Assembly (NCBI RefSeq): GCF_009914755.1 | Contig: NC_060940.1 | Strand: one strand, 5' to 3' | Source of the DNA: the human T2T-CHM13v2.0 reference genome, Homo sapiens | DNA: 64,000 bases | Shown: piece after piece, positions 1 to 17,572 of the stretch | Numbering within the stretch: the stretch's first letter is position 1 | Layout: each line of letters begins with the position of its first letter | Notes under the pieces: model-generated | What the model saw: only the letters and a program-made list of their open reading frames with translations | Database searches by the model: none | Told to the model about the DNA's origin: nothing | Made by a program: the position numbers and the translations under genes

Positions 1-61
1 GAAAAGACTCACTTTTACCCACTGAATGGTCTTAGAACCCTTGTCAAAAATGAATTGACCA

Positions 62-358
<297 letters not shown>

Positions 359-630
359 TCAATTGACCATAGATGGGTTTATTTCTGAATGTTCAATTTT
401 ATTCTATTGATTTTTGTGTTTTATCTTTCTGCCAATACCACATTATTTTGATTACTGTGGCTTTGTAGTAAGTTTGTTCTTTTTAAAGATTGTTTTGGCC
501 ACTCAGGGCCCCTAGCATTTCTATATAAATATTAGAATATGTTTTTCTATTTCTGCAAAAAAAAAAAGGGCAGTGAAATTTTAATAGGGATTGTATTAGA
601 TCTGTAGGTTAATTTTGGGAGTATTGCCAT

Positions 631-1029
631 TGTATTAGTCTGTTCTCACGCTGCTATAAAGAAATACACGAGACTGGGTAATTCATAAAGAAAAGAGGTT
701 TAATCGGATTATGGTTCCACAAGCTGTACAGAAGACGTAGTGGCTTCTGCTTCTGGAGAGGCCTCAGGAGGCTTCCATTCATGGCGGAAGGCAAAGGGGG
801 AGTGAGGAGCTTCACATAGCCAGAGCAGGAGAGAGGGGGTGGTGATGCACACTTCTAAACAACCGGATCTCCTGAGAACTCACTGTAGGGTACCAAGCGG
901 GGATGGTGCTAACCCATTTATGAGAACTCTGCCCCTATGATCCAATCATTTCTTACCAGGCGCCACCTCCAACACTGAGGATTACAACTAGACATGAGAT
1001 TTGGTTGGACACAGATCCAAACCATATGA
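631..1029 (-). mobile_element. MaLR solo LTR (MST/THE1 type)
   Basis: TGTATTAGTC...GAGACTGGGTAATT...CCAAACCATAT termini; 5-bp TSD gccat/gctat. Confidence 0.85.
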
Positions 1030-2479
1030 GCTATATTAACAATATTACATCTTCCAATCCATGAACCATGCATGGACCATTCCATTTGTTTAGGTCTTCT
1101 TTAATTTCCTTCAATACTGTTCTGTGGTTTTCCATCTACCAGTCTCACACTTCCTTGGTTAAACATGTTTCTTTTATCCCTTCAGATGTTGTTGTAAATA
1201 GAATTGTTTCTTTAATTTCATTTTTGGATTGGGGCAGTCTTTTGAAATAAGGACATGAGTGGGAAAAAGCAGAGGATGGCTGTTGACGCCTAGAGAAAAA
1301 AGTATAAACACAGAGAAAAAAAAAACAGAAGCCAGAAATTACATAAAAAGGAAGGCACCGGGAAAGATGAGAAAGAACAGGGTTGTGGGAGTACTACACT
1401 TAGCAAATGCTTAAGCAAAGTCAAGCTTTCAAGACAAGATTCCTAAAGCAAGGCAGGAGTATCCTAGGACAGACAAAAGCTCACTCGACAAGGCAAAGAG
1501 ACAAACACCAGAGTTTGGACCCCACCAACTCCCTTAGCCAGCTGGCAATATGGTTTCACCACTTCTTAGAAAAGAGGAATGGAGAGGTGTCCTCAAAAGC
1601 CACCACTAGGCTTTCAGAATGTTTTGTGTGTCTGTGTCTTGGCAGAATGAGCCAAACGTACTTTCTTCGTGCCCCATAAGATGAGACACACCCAGCAAAG
1701 GCTGTCCTCATACAGAACTACCTCCAGGTGTCTTTTATACTGCAAGACCTGCACCAAAGGGTTCTACCTATAGAAATCCTAGCACCTAGACATAGTCAAC
1801 CAAGTACATGGCTCCCTCACCCTCCAACCAAAGATGCCATATTTCCATCAGAGTGGAACAAAATCCCACTGTGTTCCTAATGCCTCCTGCAATTTTGCAT
1901 GTGGGAGACATGGCTGGTATGTGACATTCTCTTCTACAGATTGTAATGGATTGGGGAAGGAGGGGGAACTAGAGTTCAGGCCTATCTTTCTAGAGGACAA
2001 AATAAATATGCCTTGATAACTGCAATTATCTGAAAACTATTTCAAAGAAAACTCTTTGTCTCATTCTGGCATTTGCTCAAGGGTATGGCTTTCCATCAGT
2101 CTCTCTGTCTCCATGTCTCTTTTACATACATATGTATGTGTATATGCGTGCGTATGTGTACATACATCCATACATATAGACATATTCTCTCTCTCTCCAC
2201 ACACACTCACACACCCCTCCAACCTCTGTGGCTCTGAGCGTCATGTGTGTAAGACACTGACGCGAATGGTGAGTGCCTAGGCAGGGGTCAAACAAAGGCT
2301 ACCTACCATGCCAGAGGATTGCCACAAACACCTCTTAAGCAAGCATATTCCTTGGCTCCTCCCAGACACACTGAATCTGAATCTCTAGGATTCTGATTTC
2401 GGAGCCCAGGAATCCTCCCGTGCAGGAGTTCCCAGGTGACTCTGATGCACCGGGAGGCTGGAGGCGCTCGGATCTAGAG

Positions 2480-3480
<1,001 letters not shown>

Positions 3481-4102
3481 CTGCCAACTGTGTCCCCTTC
3501 CCACGCTGTCTGAGTCCTGGCCTCGTCAGAGCACACCCCCGCCTTCCTCCAGTCTGTCCTTGAAGTCCTCACTTGTATAGTGTTTACTAAATACTCAGCA
3601 CTTGGTGGTCTTTAAGGTAGCTGTCACCTCTCGTACCTGATTAGTGTGTGCTCTACAGTCTTTTGAAATTATTGTAGCTGAGAAGTGTTTCATCTATATG
3701 GTATACCTGAACTAGAGCATCAGGCAGCCTTCTGAGACCCTGGATGGTGTTTCAGAAGTTCACTGGGCACCCGCTATGTGTGAGACATTGTCCTGAGAAG
3801 TCCTGTGAAATGCACAAAGGTAAATAGGACTCAAGGTCACCACCACCACCCAGGAGTCTCCATGGCTTCTGGCCTTGTCTGTGCTCCATGACTTTTGGGA
3901 GGGCATTTAACTCCCTGCGTTCAGTACTTAATGTGATGATTCTGAGTTGACTTGAGGTAATCAGGCATTAGCACAGTTCATTCATGTTAAATGCAGACAC
4001 ATACTTTGAGATTTAAATGATTATGACCCGAAAGAAGGCCTAGAGCAACATATACTCTTCTTTTATACTGTTAGTATTAAATACGGCGAAAAACTAACCT
4101 GC

Positions 4103-4312
4103 CCTTTTTTTATTTTTATTTTTGTTGCCCAGACTGGAGTACAGTGGTGTTATCACGGCTCACTGCAGCCTCGACTTCCCCAGGCTCAAGCAATCTTCCC
4201 ACCTCAGCCTCCTGAGTAGCTGGGACTACAGGTGCAGGCCACCATGCCCGGCTAATTTTTTTTTTTTTTTTTTTTTTTTGTAGAGAGGGCGTTTCACCAT
4301 GTGGCCCAGGCT
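4103..4312 (-). mobile_element. 5'-truncated AluJ-like
   Basis: Antisense Alu flanked by TSD TAACCTGCCCTTTT. Confidence 0.9.
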
Positions 4313-5774
4313 TAACCTGCCCTTTTAATGAACGAAAAATGACGTAAATGTTTCAGGAAGTTTTGGACATTCAGAAGTTTGTTATGTGCAGTTGGTGTTA
4401 AAAAAAAATTGAACACTTGAATGATTATGACTTGACCCATTTAAGAACTCTAATACTGGTTTAATAGTTTACATTCCTTCAGTCTTACGTGGGTGATAAC
4501 ACGTATCCCTTTTACAGTAAAGGAGAACATGCTGAGGTTGTGTTACTTGTCCTGAAATTCAGAGCGAAAAGCTCTTGCTGATCACCCACCCTAATCCAGG
4601 GTTATTTGCACTACGCTTTATATCACTGTCTTACCGTTAATCAGATGTTTATTAGAAACTTTCTTTTTTGGCTACTTAGATGCATAAAATTGGGCATAAT
4701 TAAGTATGGGATTAATGTCAAGAGTGACAACAGTGGCCATGATTTGATTCCCCGTGATAGCTGGTTAATTTACAGCGCTAAGTGTTACTGAGGGCCAGGC
4801 ATCTTTGGCCGTAAGATTCTCAGACAGAAAGCCCACAGTTGCTAATTGCATGACACAGAATCAGTCATGAATTCTTACTGTGTTGAATTATCATGTTCTG
4901 GGCTCAAGCCTAGTCTGAATAGCTGAGTTTTTCTGATCCACACTTGGACATAGTACTTGCAGTATATCATCCCCCCATGTAAATGATCAGCTCCTCGAAA
5001 ACTGGGAAACTTGTCTTTAAATTTCTTGCATAGCAGAATGATGAATGAATCATTGCAATAGATTCCTGGGTGTCCTGGCATAAGACACACTTGACACACT
5101 AATCATTCAGCATTTGTGTGGAGGTGAGTCTGCCCCACACTCAGTCATAGATTTTTGAGCCTGAGAGAAAGCCATGAAGGACTTGAAAGGTTTCTGCCCA
5201 GCTGAGAGGGTCCTCATATCAGACATTTGGACAGCTTTGTCCCTCATTGATTTCTCACATCCGGTCCAATTCTGAATTCTCTGGTTCTGTGAGATGCTGT
5301 GGAATACATCCTTTTGTTCTTCCCCACTCAAGAAAACTCTTGGTTATCGCGTCATTGGGAAGGAACACGTTGCATGGCAACTGAAGACACTCACATCCAG
5401 ACTTGACTGTTGAGAGAAAGGAGCTGGCCCCTGGGAAATACAGAGGCTGCTGAGTCCTTAGACATTCACAAGTTTCCTTGCTTTTTGACCAAGGCTATTT
5501 ACAGAAGGGAAAAAAACATTGCATACTGTAATGCTAGGCCAAAAGTCCTGTGGACCAGAGGTGTTTATCAAACAGAATGAATAACGACAGTCTGATCTTT
5601 GCCTCTGCATATGGTTTGGACATAATGGCTTCAGGAGCCTTTCTGTGATTGCTTTATTGTGCCCCTTCCATTTCTTTACCTAGAAACCCCAGCCTTATAT
5701 TCAGTGCATGTAACTGTTAGTAGCTGAACCTATTAATTCCCTTCCCCTTCCCTTGTTCTACGTAGTTGTTTTCT

Positions 5775-5827
5775 CATATATACACATATATATGTATGTG
5801 TATATGTGTGTGTGTGTGTGTGCGTGC

Positions 5828-5865
<38 letters not shown>
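5775..5865. repeat. Compound (TG)n-(TA)17 microsatellite
   Basis: Read directly; the TA run spans 5831-5865. Confidence 0.95.
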
Positions 5866-5867
<2 letters not shown>

Positions 5868-6030
5868 TTTTTTGTTTTGTTGTTTACGGTTTTTTGTTTG
5901 TGTTTATTTTTTTGTTCATGTTTATGTTTTTTCTTGTTACGTTTCCCAGGCTGGTCTTGAACTCCTGGCCTCAAGCAAGCAATCCTCCAATCCCAAGTGC
6001 TGGGATTATAGATAGGTGTGAGCCCAGATG
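5868..6030 (-). mobile_element. Alu left monomer / FLAM-like with degenerate T-rich tail
   Basis: cccaggctggtcttgaactcctggcctcaagc...gtgctgggatta. Confidence 0.75.
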
Positions 6031-6179
6031 TAATTTTTTTAAAATCCCTGTCGCTTAAATCAGTCTTAGAATAGAATTAGATTGTTCTGTACCTATAAAC
6101 TATCAACTGGGATCTGATATTGTAACCTCTCACCAGAATCACTTAATGTGGTATGATCTGATCTATTTTTTTAATCTGA

Positions 6180-6480
<301 letters not shown>

Positions 6481-7338
6481 TGTGTTCTTACTTTTTAAAA
6501 TGTTCTTTTCCTCTGATCTGAGTGAGTTTGGAGGCTTGTTACTGCCTGGATTTGTGGCCTCCTGAATGTAGAGGAGTTTGGAGGTATGTGTGTCCCTGTG
6601 GTTGCATGGTAGGTGTGGGTATGAGGATGTGATGTGTCTGGGGGATGGTGGTTTATAGGCTTTTTGTTTTTCTCCAGAGGCCCAGTTGGTTGATGACTTC
6701 AGTTTCTTAGAGGTGAAATCCCAGTGAAACCGAGTCGAATCCCCAGTAGAGGGGAAGGTCTGAGCGAGGTTCAGTGATTTGTGGGCACTCGAGGAAGGTT
6801 GGCCTTTAATTCATGGAAAGGGTTCCTCATGGGCAGTTTGGACCTTGCTGTTAGGGTGGAATGAGAGGTGCTCCAACCTTAACAGAGGCACAGAAACTAG
6901 AGAAGGGACCTGGTTCCCACTGCCACAGCCACCCGGCCATGCTAGACACCTGCGTACCCTCTGCCTTTTAGTTAATTGAGTACTCCTTGTTGGTTCTAGT
7001 AAATTCTGTGCTTACCTATGCTAAATAATACTTATTTTTAGATAGGACAGTATACCCATAGCATCAAGTGTACACCTGCGGAGTGTCAGCTTACGTGAGT
7101 GGGAATTTTCCCCAAATTTCTCAGCCTCTGCAGTGCTACCCTCATCCATGACTTTATCCTCCCTTCCCCAGAGCAGGGCTTCTGGACAAGGGAAGGTAAC
7201 TTTTCTTCACATACCAAAATAAGCAGATCTTGATAGAGCTTCAAAAGAGAGGGAACCAGTTTCTCTTTTAAAAGGAAAAGTGGGCTGGTCTAAACGGTGT
7301 CATACAAGTCAATGGAATTAACAATACACAATACACAG

Positions 7339-7455
7339 AGCCGGGTGCAGTGGCACGCACCTGTAGTCCCTGCTACTTGGGAGGTTCAGCTGAGCCCGGA
7401 AGTTCAAGTGCAGCCTAGGCAACAGAGCAAGACCTGCCTCTGAAAAAAAAAATAA
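7339..7455 (+). mobile_element. Alu monomer (FAM/FLAM-like)
   Basis: gccgggtgcagtggc...cctgtagtccc...gcctaggcaacagagcaagacc + A tail. Confidence 0.8.
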
Positions 7456-8790
7456 GAAACACTCCAGCAGAATCCACTGAGAACTGTCGCTGCCCTTAGC
7501 ATCACCAGGATATTCCCCGCAGTTGTGTTTCTCAGTCTTGTATTGGTGATAAATGGTGCCTGAATTAACGCACGTACAGTTGCAGAGGCCTCTTTCCCTG
7601 GTGGTGTTTGTATCCTGGCAACGTTGCCGCGTGCTGTGGCTCATCCCAGCCTGAACAGCTGCTGCCGGTGTTAGAACTGAGCAACGGAGACTTCTAACCT
7701 TTAGCCTGGATTCCCAGTTCTCGTGTACCAGTGTCACATTTTGTAGCTGTCAGGAGCCCAAAATAGAATGAAGAGATCTGTAGGGGAGGAGCTTTCATCA
7801 GCCAAACCATTTCTTTCATAATTAATATTAAATTGATAGTAAAACTAGGTATTTCCAGCTTTTTTCATATCACGAATGTAAGACAGATACCAGTACCTCT
7901 TACGCAGAGCTCAGCTCATCCGTTCCTAAACTGGGGTACAGAAGCCCTCCTGGCCCCTGGGATGGTCCATAGATAAGTATCAGAGGAGTCCATGTACCCC
8001 AGGAAAACGTATGCACAATTTTACTAATGTATTTGCAGTGTTTTGGGGGCAGGGCCTATGGTTTTTAGCACGTAAGAGTGTGAGAGGATCCCAGGAAGAT
8101 TAAGAATTGCTATAGTCAAATGCAGAAAGTACAGTTTTACAAAGGGCCATTCTGTGTCACCTAGCAAATGATCTCTTTCATCCTGCCCTCTTGCTACTTC
8201 CTAATCACGATTCATTCCATTTTTCCATCTTTTTCATTTGATATCAATCTATTAGTGAATGCTTTGCGAACTATAAAAATGAATCAGAAGTGGATCCTGC
8301 TTTTATGGCGTTTACAACCAAGTAAAGGAGATTGAGTCATGGAATGTAGAGTTAAAAGGAATTGCAAAGATCTTCTGGTCCAGCTGTCTATCTAATGCTT
8401 AAATCCGTTTTCAAACAGCTCCGTTGAGTTCTGTCCACCTGTGCTTGATGGCTTCCAGTGCTGAGGGTCACCGTCTCCCAGGATGACCTCTGTGGACAGC
8501 TCCAGCTATTCAAAAGTTCCTCTTTACACTAAATTGAGTCCACATCTGACTGCCCATGACTTCCACCAGTCAGTCCTAGATTTCCTTCCCCGGCCCCCAT
8601 GGGGTCACACAGAACAAATTTGTGGCCTCTTTCGTGCCCTAGTGCTTAAACATGTAAAAGGAGACCTCATCTCCTTCCGAAAACTTCTCTGAGCCATCAC
8701 CCCAAAACCTGCAACTCTTTCTCAGGCGTCAAAGTTCTGAGTCCTTTCACCCTTTAACAGGGATTAAAATGTAAAATTGTTTTATAAAAT

Positions 8791-8915
8791 TTGGAAGCTG
8801 AGACAGGAGAATCGCTTGAACCTAGGGAGCAGAGGTTGCAGTGAGCCAGGGTTGCACCACTGCACTCCAGCCTGGGTGACAGAGGAAGACTCCATCTCTC
8901 AAAAAAAAAAAAAAA
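8791..8915 (+). mobile_element. Alu right-arm fragment
   Basis: gctgagacaggagaatcgcttgaacc...ccatctc + A tail. Confidence 0.9.
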
Positions 8916-9693
8916 TTCTAGCTGTTGTAAAGCCATTCTTATAGGTGTTGCCCATTGTGTTCTTTATGACCCTTGTAGAGAGATTCAGAAGGTCATTCTT
9001 GTATCAGATGTCCTGAGATGTTTACTGTTATTTAATAATAATGTTCAGTGGATCTGTTACTATGTAGTTTATGAGTAACAAAGACCCAAAATAACAGTGA
9101 TTTGAATATGACAGAAGTTTGTCTGTCATGTGAAAGTCTAGAGGTGGGCAGCCCAGAGCTGATTCTGCTCTTTGGTGCTCTTGGTGGATTCAGACTTGAA
9201 TCTTGTTGCTCTGCCGAGAAAAACCTTCATCTCCAAAGCCACGTCGTGGCCCAGGATGGCTGCTCCAATGCCAGCCATCACACCGCCTTCCAGTCTGCAG
9301 TGGAAAGGACAAAGAAAAAGATGGGCCAAGGGCCTGCTCCTGCTGTCTTTTCAAGTTCCCCAAAGTGGCTGCAGGAGACCTCTGCTTACCCCTCATTGAC
9401 CAGAACTCTGTCACATGGCTGCCCCCAGCCGCAGTGCAATCTTTGTTCTGGACAGCTGTGTCCCTAGCTGAAAAGTGAGGCTTCTGTTAATTTGAAAGAA
9501 AAGGGGTACAGCCATCGGGGAACAACAAGCTGTGGCTGTGCAGGCAGCACCGAGGCGACGCTGCTCCTGCTCAGGGCCTTGTGTTCTGCTCTTGCTGGAA
9601 AAGCTTCAGTGCAGATGTATCTTGGGTGGTCAAGTCAATTCACATCATTTTTGGAAGTAGATACAATATAAATAAGTGAGGCAAAATTAGGAT

Positions 9694-10179
9694 AATTTCA
9701 TCAACTCTGAAATGCATTGGTTGCCAGATACGCTATTATTTTATGTCCCTCTAAGGTAGGTTAAAAATGCTGCCAGTTACGGCGGGGCACAGTGGCTGAC
9801 GCCTGTAATCCCAGCACTTTGAGAGGCCGAGGCAGGCAGATTGCCTGTGCTCAGGAGCTCGAGACTAGCCTGGGCAACGTGGCAAAACCCCATTTCTACA
9901 AAAAAGACAAAAAAAAATTATCCAGGCTTGGTGGCGCTCACCTGCAGTCCCAGCTACTTGGGGGGCTGAGACAGGAGGACCACATGAGCCCAGGAGGTCA
10001 AGGCTGCAGCGAGCCGTGTTCATGCTGTTGCACTCCAGCCTGGGTGACCGAGTGAGACCCCGTCTCTTAAAACAAAAATGCTGCCAATTAGTCTGTGACC
10101 CGCCATCATTCGAAAGATGCATCCTGACTTGAGAGATGTTAAAATATGAAAATGTACATCTCTGAGTTGATGAAATAGG
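9694..10179. mobile_element. Tc1/mariner-type DNA transposon relic (MER104/Kanga-like) split by an Alu
   Basis: 13-bp terminal inverted repeat ATTTCATCAACTC (~9696) / GAGTTGATGAAAT (10164-10176). Family assigned from recall. Confidence 0.55.
9781..10078 (+). mobile_element. AluJ-like, full length
   Basis: Dimeric Alu; TSD AAAATGCTGCCA on both sides. Confidence 0.95.
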
Positions 10180-10506
10180 GTTCCTGAACCAAGTACTTGT
10201 CTTTCTTAGGAAATGTAGGCGTAATGTTTTGACGTATCAAAGAAGGTTCCCGAGAGGATGAGGACAGTGCTGTTGACACCCTTGCTGTCTTAGTGTTTCC
10301 CTTACAGTGCATCTTTCATTGTTATGTTGATTTTATATGATTAGTATGCTCACTATGGTGAACGAATTGGAAGATATTATTTGATTTGGGCAACTTAGTT
10401 CAAATTGAATTGTTTCCTTCAGAGGTCTTAACAGACTGAAGTAGTTAAGTCTAAATAGAGCGTTGAACGAAAGAAAGCCTGACTTGGTTTGAGATAAGAT
10501 GTCTGA

Positions 10507-10776
<270 letters not shown>

Positions 10777-11721
10777 TAAGTATTACGGTTTTCATTTTCT
10801 TTGTACATACATTTTTCATATATATTTGTGTATGTTTTATATTGGCTAAAAGCTAATCTATCTCCATTCATATGTACAGTTTATTTCAAGTCTAATAAAA
10901 TCCAAACACAGTATTTGCAAATGCTGCGGCTGTCACCACACATGATACTAAGATTATGGAGGAAGACGAAAGGGCACCAAGAGAAACTGATATGTCTGTC
11001 AGTGACCTGCGTGTGAGGTCTTATTTGTGTCCTCTTATTTAAAGCAAACACACCCATTTTCGCTCGTCCCAAGACCCCGTGATCAGAGTTGTAGAAACTC
11101 ACTGGACCAAGCGTTTGCATTCGTAATCAAAACAGTATTTAGCCCACCTGGTGGTTAAGATTTCTCCCTGAGTTAAAATCTCTAAACAAACTATATCATG
11201 TGTTAGTTACATCCAGGACCCGTATGACACAGGCTAGCATGTCACGGTGCCTTCACTACCTTTGCACGTAGGCATCTTCACATTACATGTTGTCCCATGG
11301 AATCCATGGTTTGAAAAGTGTCCTATTTGAAATGTAACCAATTCAATTCAAAGGGCTGACAGTGCCTGCTGCCATTTCACATGCTGAAAACAAAATAGCG
11401 GTGGGGCGAGATTGCTGGAAGACACCAGATGAGCCCCCTGATTGCAGCACTGACGGCTTCACAGAGATCCCAAGGAAAGAAAAGACAGTGTTCAACACCA
11501 AGCGTTTGATTAGGTTTCACGTTAAAATCTGCATGAATCCTTCCCCGGAGCCTCACAAACTCCTTTTAAAACTGGGGTTAAAACTGGAGCACAATTTTGT
11601 GTGTAAAATGGTCATTCACTGTAGTTCCTCTCAGTGGGTGCTGTTTCTCATGAAAATGACTTTCTTTGAATTTTCCAGAAGAGTCCATTAAAGCTCTATT
11701 TAAAGAACTTGTTTGACTTAG

Positions 11722-12198
<477 letters not shown>

Positions 12199-13296
12199 TG
12201 AGATACAGTTAAAGTCTATCACAGAACATGTTTGTGAGGCAGAAAATAATTGTGAAGGAAGAAGGGACAGATACCTGATTCATACATAGTTTACCTTTAC
12301 AGCTTTTGTTAAATGCCTGTGGGGAGTTTTGAAAGATACTTGATTAGAAAATTGAAAGAGGCACTCCATCCCTTATGCTTGATGTGGGCCGAGGACACTC
12401 CTTGGCGAGTGGAGGTTATGGGACTTGTGGTTGATAGCCCCGTCTGTGGCAAGCTGCTCTGCTCCTGGATGAGTTTGGCAAGAATGTCTGAAACACTCCT
12501 GCAGGCCCGTGGGGGCAGAAGAACCAGGGAGCACATTGCAGGGTCTGGAAATAGGAGTGCTAAAGATAGGTGGCAGGGAGCATGAGACCCCTGGGGCATT
12601 GCAGGTTTGCTCAGACCAAGAGGACATGAGTGGCTGTTAGGAAGCTAAGTGGATGATGGCCCATCACAAGATGAGTGCCCTAAGCAGGTGTCCTGCTGAG
12701 AAGTTAGAGAAGCTGAGTAGGGCAAATGAGCAGACATTCCTGATCACCAAGGAGAAACACATTCCCTTACAATGTTTGTGTGTGAAAGAGTCACACTCCG
12801 ATGCCCTCTTGGTGGGACTAGGGGCCATTCTGACTTCTCTGAGGGCAATTTGGCAACATGGATGAAAATTCAGAATGTGCATTCCTTCTGGCCTAACAAT
12901 TCCACTCCTAGGAACTTCTCCTGGGGAGATGCTCAGCCCTGAGAGTCAGATGGCTATTCCTGCAGCATTGCTGACAGTTCAAAAGGGTGGGGATGATAAC
13001 CTAGGGCCCATCAGGAGAGAATGGGCTCCAGGAGGGCGCTGTAGACACATGGCGCGGCCTCGTGTACATCAGATATCTGTGCATGTATTTAAATATTGTT
13101 GTAGGTTTATATGGAAAACCAGCCTTGACTTACTCTTGAGTAGAAGTTCAGGTTTATAGAGTAGCATGGGTATGGTGTGGTCTTATGAATAATATTAATA
13201 GTATCTGTTGAGTAGTGCTCTGTGCCTGTCAGTCTGTGAAGCACATTTTGTGTGTTATTGCCCTGAGCACCCTGTGATTTAGGTGGTGGTGTTGTG

Positions 13297-13610
<314 letters not shown>

Positions 13611-14081
13611 GATATAGGTATTATTATGAGAAAACCGAGGCTTGAGGGAACGTCCGCAACTTACCCATGATCATCGAGCAAGTAAGGGCGGAACTGGAAT
13701 TCAGACCCAGCTCGCATCCTGACTCTAAGGGCACGTGAGAATGTGCGTGGGTACGCAGTCCTGTGTGCATTTGTGTGCGTACCGAGAGCCTCTGAGACAG
13801 GCCTGGAAAGGTGTTCATCAAAAGGGCAGCAGCAACAGTCATGGAGATTAGATTTTGGAGTAATTGGTTATTTTTTTTTATGCATGGTTTTTTTTTTTTG
13901 CCTCTTTTTGTTTTATTCACTTAGTTTTATCAATTTTTTGTCTCTTTGACATTATACATACCTCACTTGTATAACCGAAGAAAGTTTTGTTTTTATTTTG
14001 AAAACTTAAAAAAAAGATTGCTGGGATTTTTGCATAAGGAATCACAAGATAATTTGCAGACTTCTTAAAAAACAAAGGAGA

Positions 14082-14383
14082 GCCCGACGCAGTGACTCGC
14101 GCCCAGAATCCCAACACCCCGGGAGGCTGAGGAGGCAGCCGGATCACCTGAGGTCAGGAGTTCCAGACCAGCCTGGCCAACATGGTGAAACCCCGTCTCT
14201 ACTAAAAATACAAAAATTAGCCGGGTGTGGTGGTGTGCACCTGTAGCCCCAGCTACTTGGGAGGCTGAGGCAGAAATGAGAATCGCTTGCCACTAGGCAG
14301 AGGTTGCAGTGAGCCGAGGTCGTGCCACTGCACTCCAGCCTGGGCGACAGAGCAAGACTCCATCTCAAAAAAAAAAAAAAAAA
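14082..14383 (+). mobile_element. Alu (AluS-like)
   Basis: Sense dimeric Alu; TSD AAAGGAGA. Confidence 0.95.
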
Positions 14384-14626
14384 GAAAGGAGATAAGCCTG
14401 GGAGTGATGTGAAGTGAGCTCCGTCCTATGAACGACAGAGCTCTTCCATAGAGCACGGTGCAGGACAGCGGGCCCCTCTCGGGCCTCGGAGGATATGTCC
14501 TTCATGTCATGAGCTCTCCCCCTTTCCTCACAGCAGCATTTCTTCACTTTGTTGGAGTCACAGACCCTGTTAAGAATCTGGAGGGAAAAATGCTGAGGAT
14601 GTTTTCCTCAGGGCAGATATGCATAG

Positions 14627-14953
<327 letters not shown>

Positions 14954-15752
14954 TCCATACAATTTCAGAACAATTTCAGAAAGTTCATGGACTGACTACG
15001 AGACCTCATCTATGCAGTCTGAGCTAAACGCTCCTACTTCCAGAATCGAAGGTCGCTGGTAGAAGTTAAAATAGTTTAAATGGGTTCTTCAAAAGTAAGC
15101 TGGTTTCCCTGCTTCAAAGCAAATGAAAAGGTAGCCCCCTGCTGTTCCACTGTTATCCAGTGAGCTTTGGAGTGTTAAGGATTATGCTTCGGAGTATAAG
15201 GGATTAGAAAACGCTGCCGTGAGAATGAGAGGCAATAAACTCAGACTTCAGCTAAGCGACTTCCCAGTCTAGCTCGTTTCTTAGAATGCCTCGCAGGGAT
15301 GTCTGCAAATGTGTTACCATTTAGGAAAAACAGAAATGGCACAAAACCCAAAAGGTACATGAAAAAGTCAAACAAAGGTATATTTCCTAAAAGAAAATTA
15401 TATAGGACTGCTTATAGCCTCTTGAGAAATTTGAAAAACCTAGGGTTCAGAGAAAAGGAGGAAAAACAATTCAGTGGTGGGAAACGTCAGTCCTTTAGGA
15501 GAAGCTGAAGGAACTGGAGCTGTTTGGTCTCAAGGATCCATGTGTTATCGCTGAGTGTTGGCCGGAGAGTTTATGGAGCAAGTTTTTGTTTGCACAAAGG
15601 CCTAAAAGAGACAGAAAGGGGCATACATTGCTCTTCAACAAAGTTTGCATGAAAATTTCAAGAAACGATGCAGTGCTGAGGACCCCCAGGCACGCGGTGG
15701 AGTCGCCTCCTCCAGAGAGTTTTCAAAACAGAGCAGCTTTTAGGCTCTGTAG

Positions 15753-16124
<372 letters not shown>

Positions 16125-17223
16125 TGAGGGACACAGATGAAGACAGGAGCTAAAGGGAGGGGCAGGGGGTAGAAAAGGTGCCAGAGACCCCTTGGCAACT
16201 CCTAGGAGCCATGAGTCTCCCAGAGAGATGAGAATGATGCTGAGAGAGGCCTCCAACCCAGCTGCCCAGTTGACTGCAAGACGCAGTTGTATTCTGAGGT
16301 CATCAACTCTCTCTAGGGTGACCTCGTTCTGACCTGGTCAGGACACTCTGGATTTCACGTGTCATCCTGGTGTAAGTGTCACTCTGAAATGTCCCAGCCA
16401 GATGGCACAGCTGGTAGTCATCCTGCCACGCCTGTCCTCCCCCTGCCCCTGCCCACACTCTCAGGGCCTCTGACACCTGATGTGCTGTTAGCTTGGGCCT
16501 TCTCATGGCCTGTGAGGGAGTGCTGAGGTGAGACCAGACAGCTCGAAGGTAAATGCATCGGCTTTTAATCTAACTCTCCTCTCTTTGCTGCCCTGTGAAA
16601 AACATATTAACCATCCTACATCAGAAATGTTGATGTTCACTCCAGGCCTAGGCTTTCAAAAACCACCAGCCTCATCAGGGACTTGGATAAATTCCAATGA
16701 GTAGAATCTAATAATTAGGTGCGGTAGCTAGATGTTTGCTAATGACTGGCTCTGAGCAGGGTGTTCACTGTGTTGGGGGCTGCACATGGCTGCAGCAGAG
16801 GCCTTCCTTTGAGGACGACAGTGTGGAGTGGGGACGTTTACATGCTCCTAGTAAATTCATAATCAATTTCTAATTGAAGCCCTCAGGATTCAGCTGGGCG
16901 TGGGCTTCATTACCACGCCGCCATGTTTCCCCCGGGTAACAATGAGCCGTAGCTCATTCCCACAGTTTCCTCATTCCTCTGTCTTCACTGAGGGTGGTGA
17001 TTAGCAGGGCGGGGTGGGGAAATGTATCAGGGTAAGGAAGGCAGGAAGAGGAGGAGCAGATCCCGGGATTCGGGGGAGTTGGGCCTTAGCCCAGCAGCTG
17101 TCCTGAGGGTGTCGCTTAACTGCCCCTGGGCGGCCAGCCTAGAAGTCCTCAAAGGGAGTCTGGAAGGGAACAAATGGCCCCTCTGCGTGGAGGCGCTCGT
17201 CAGGGTTTACAAAAGCAAAACAC

Positions 17224-17572
<349 letters not shown>

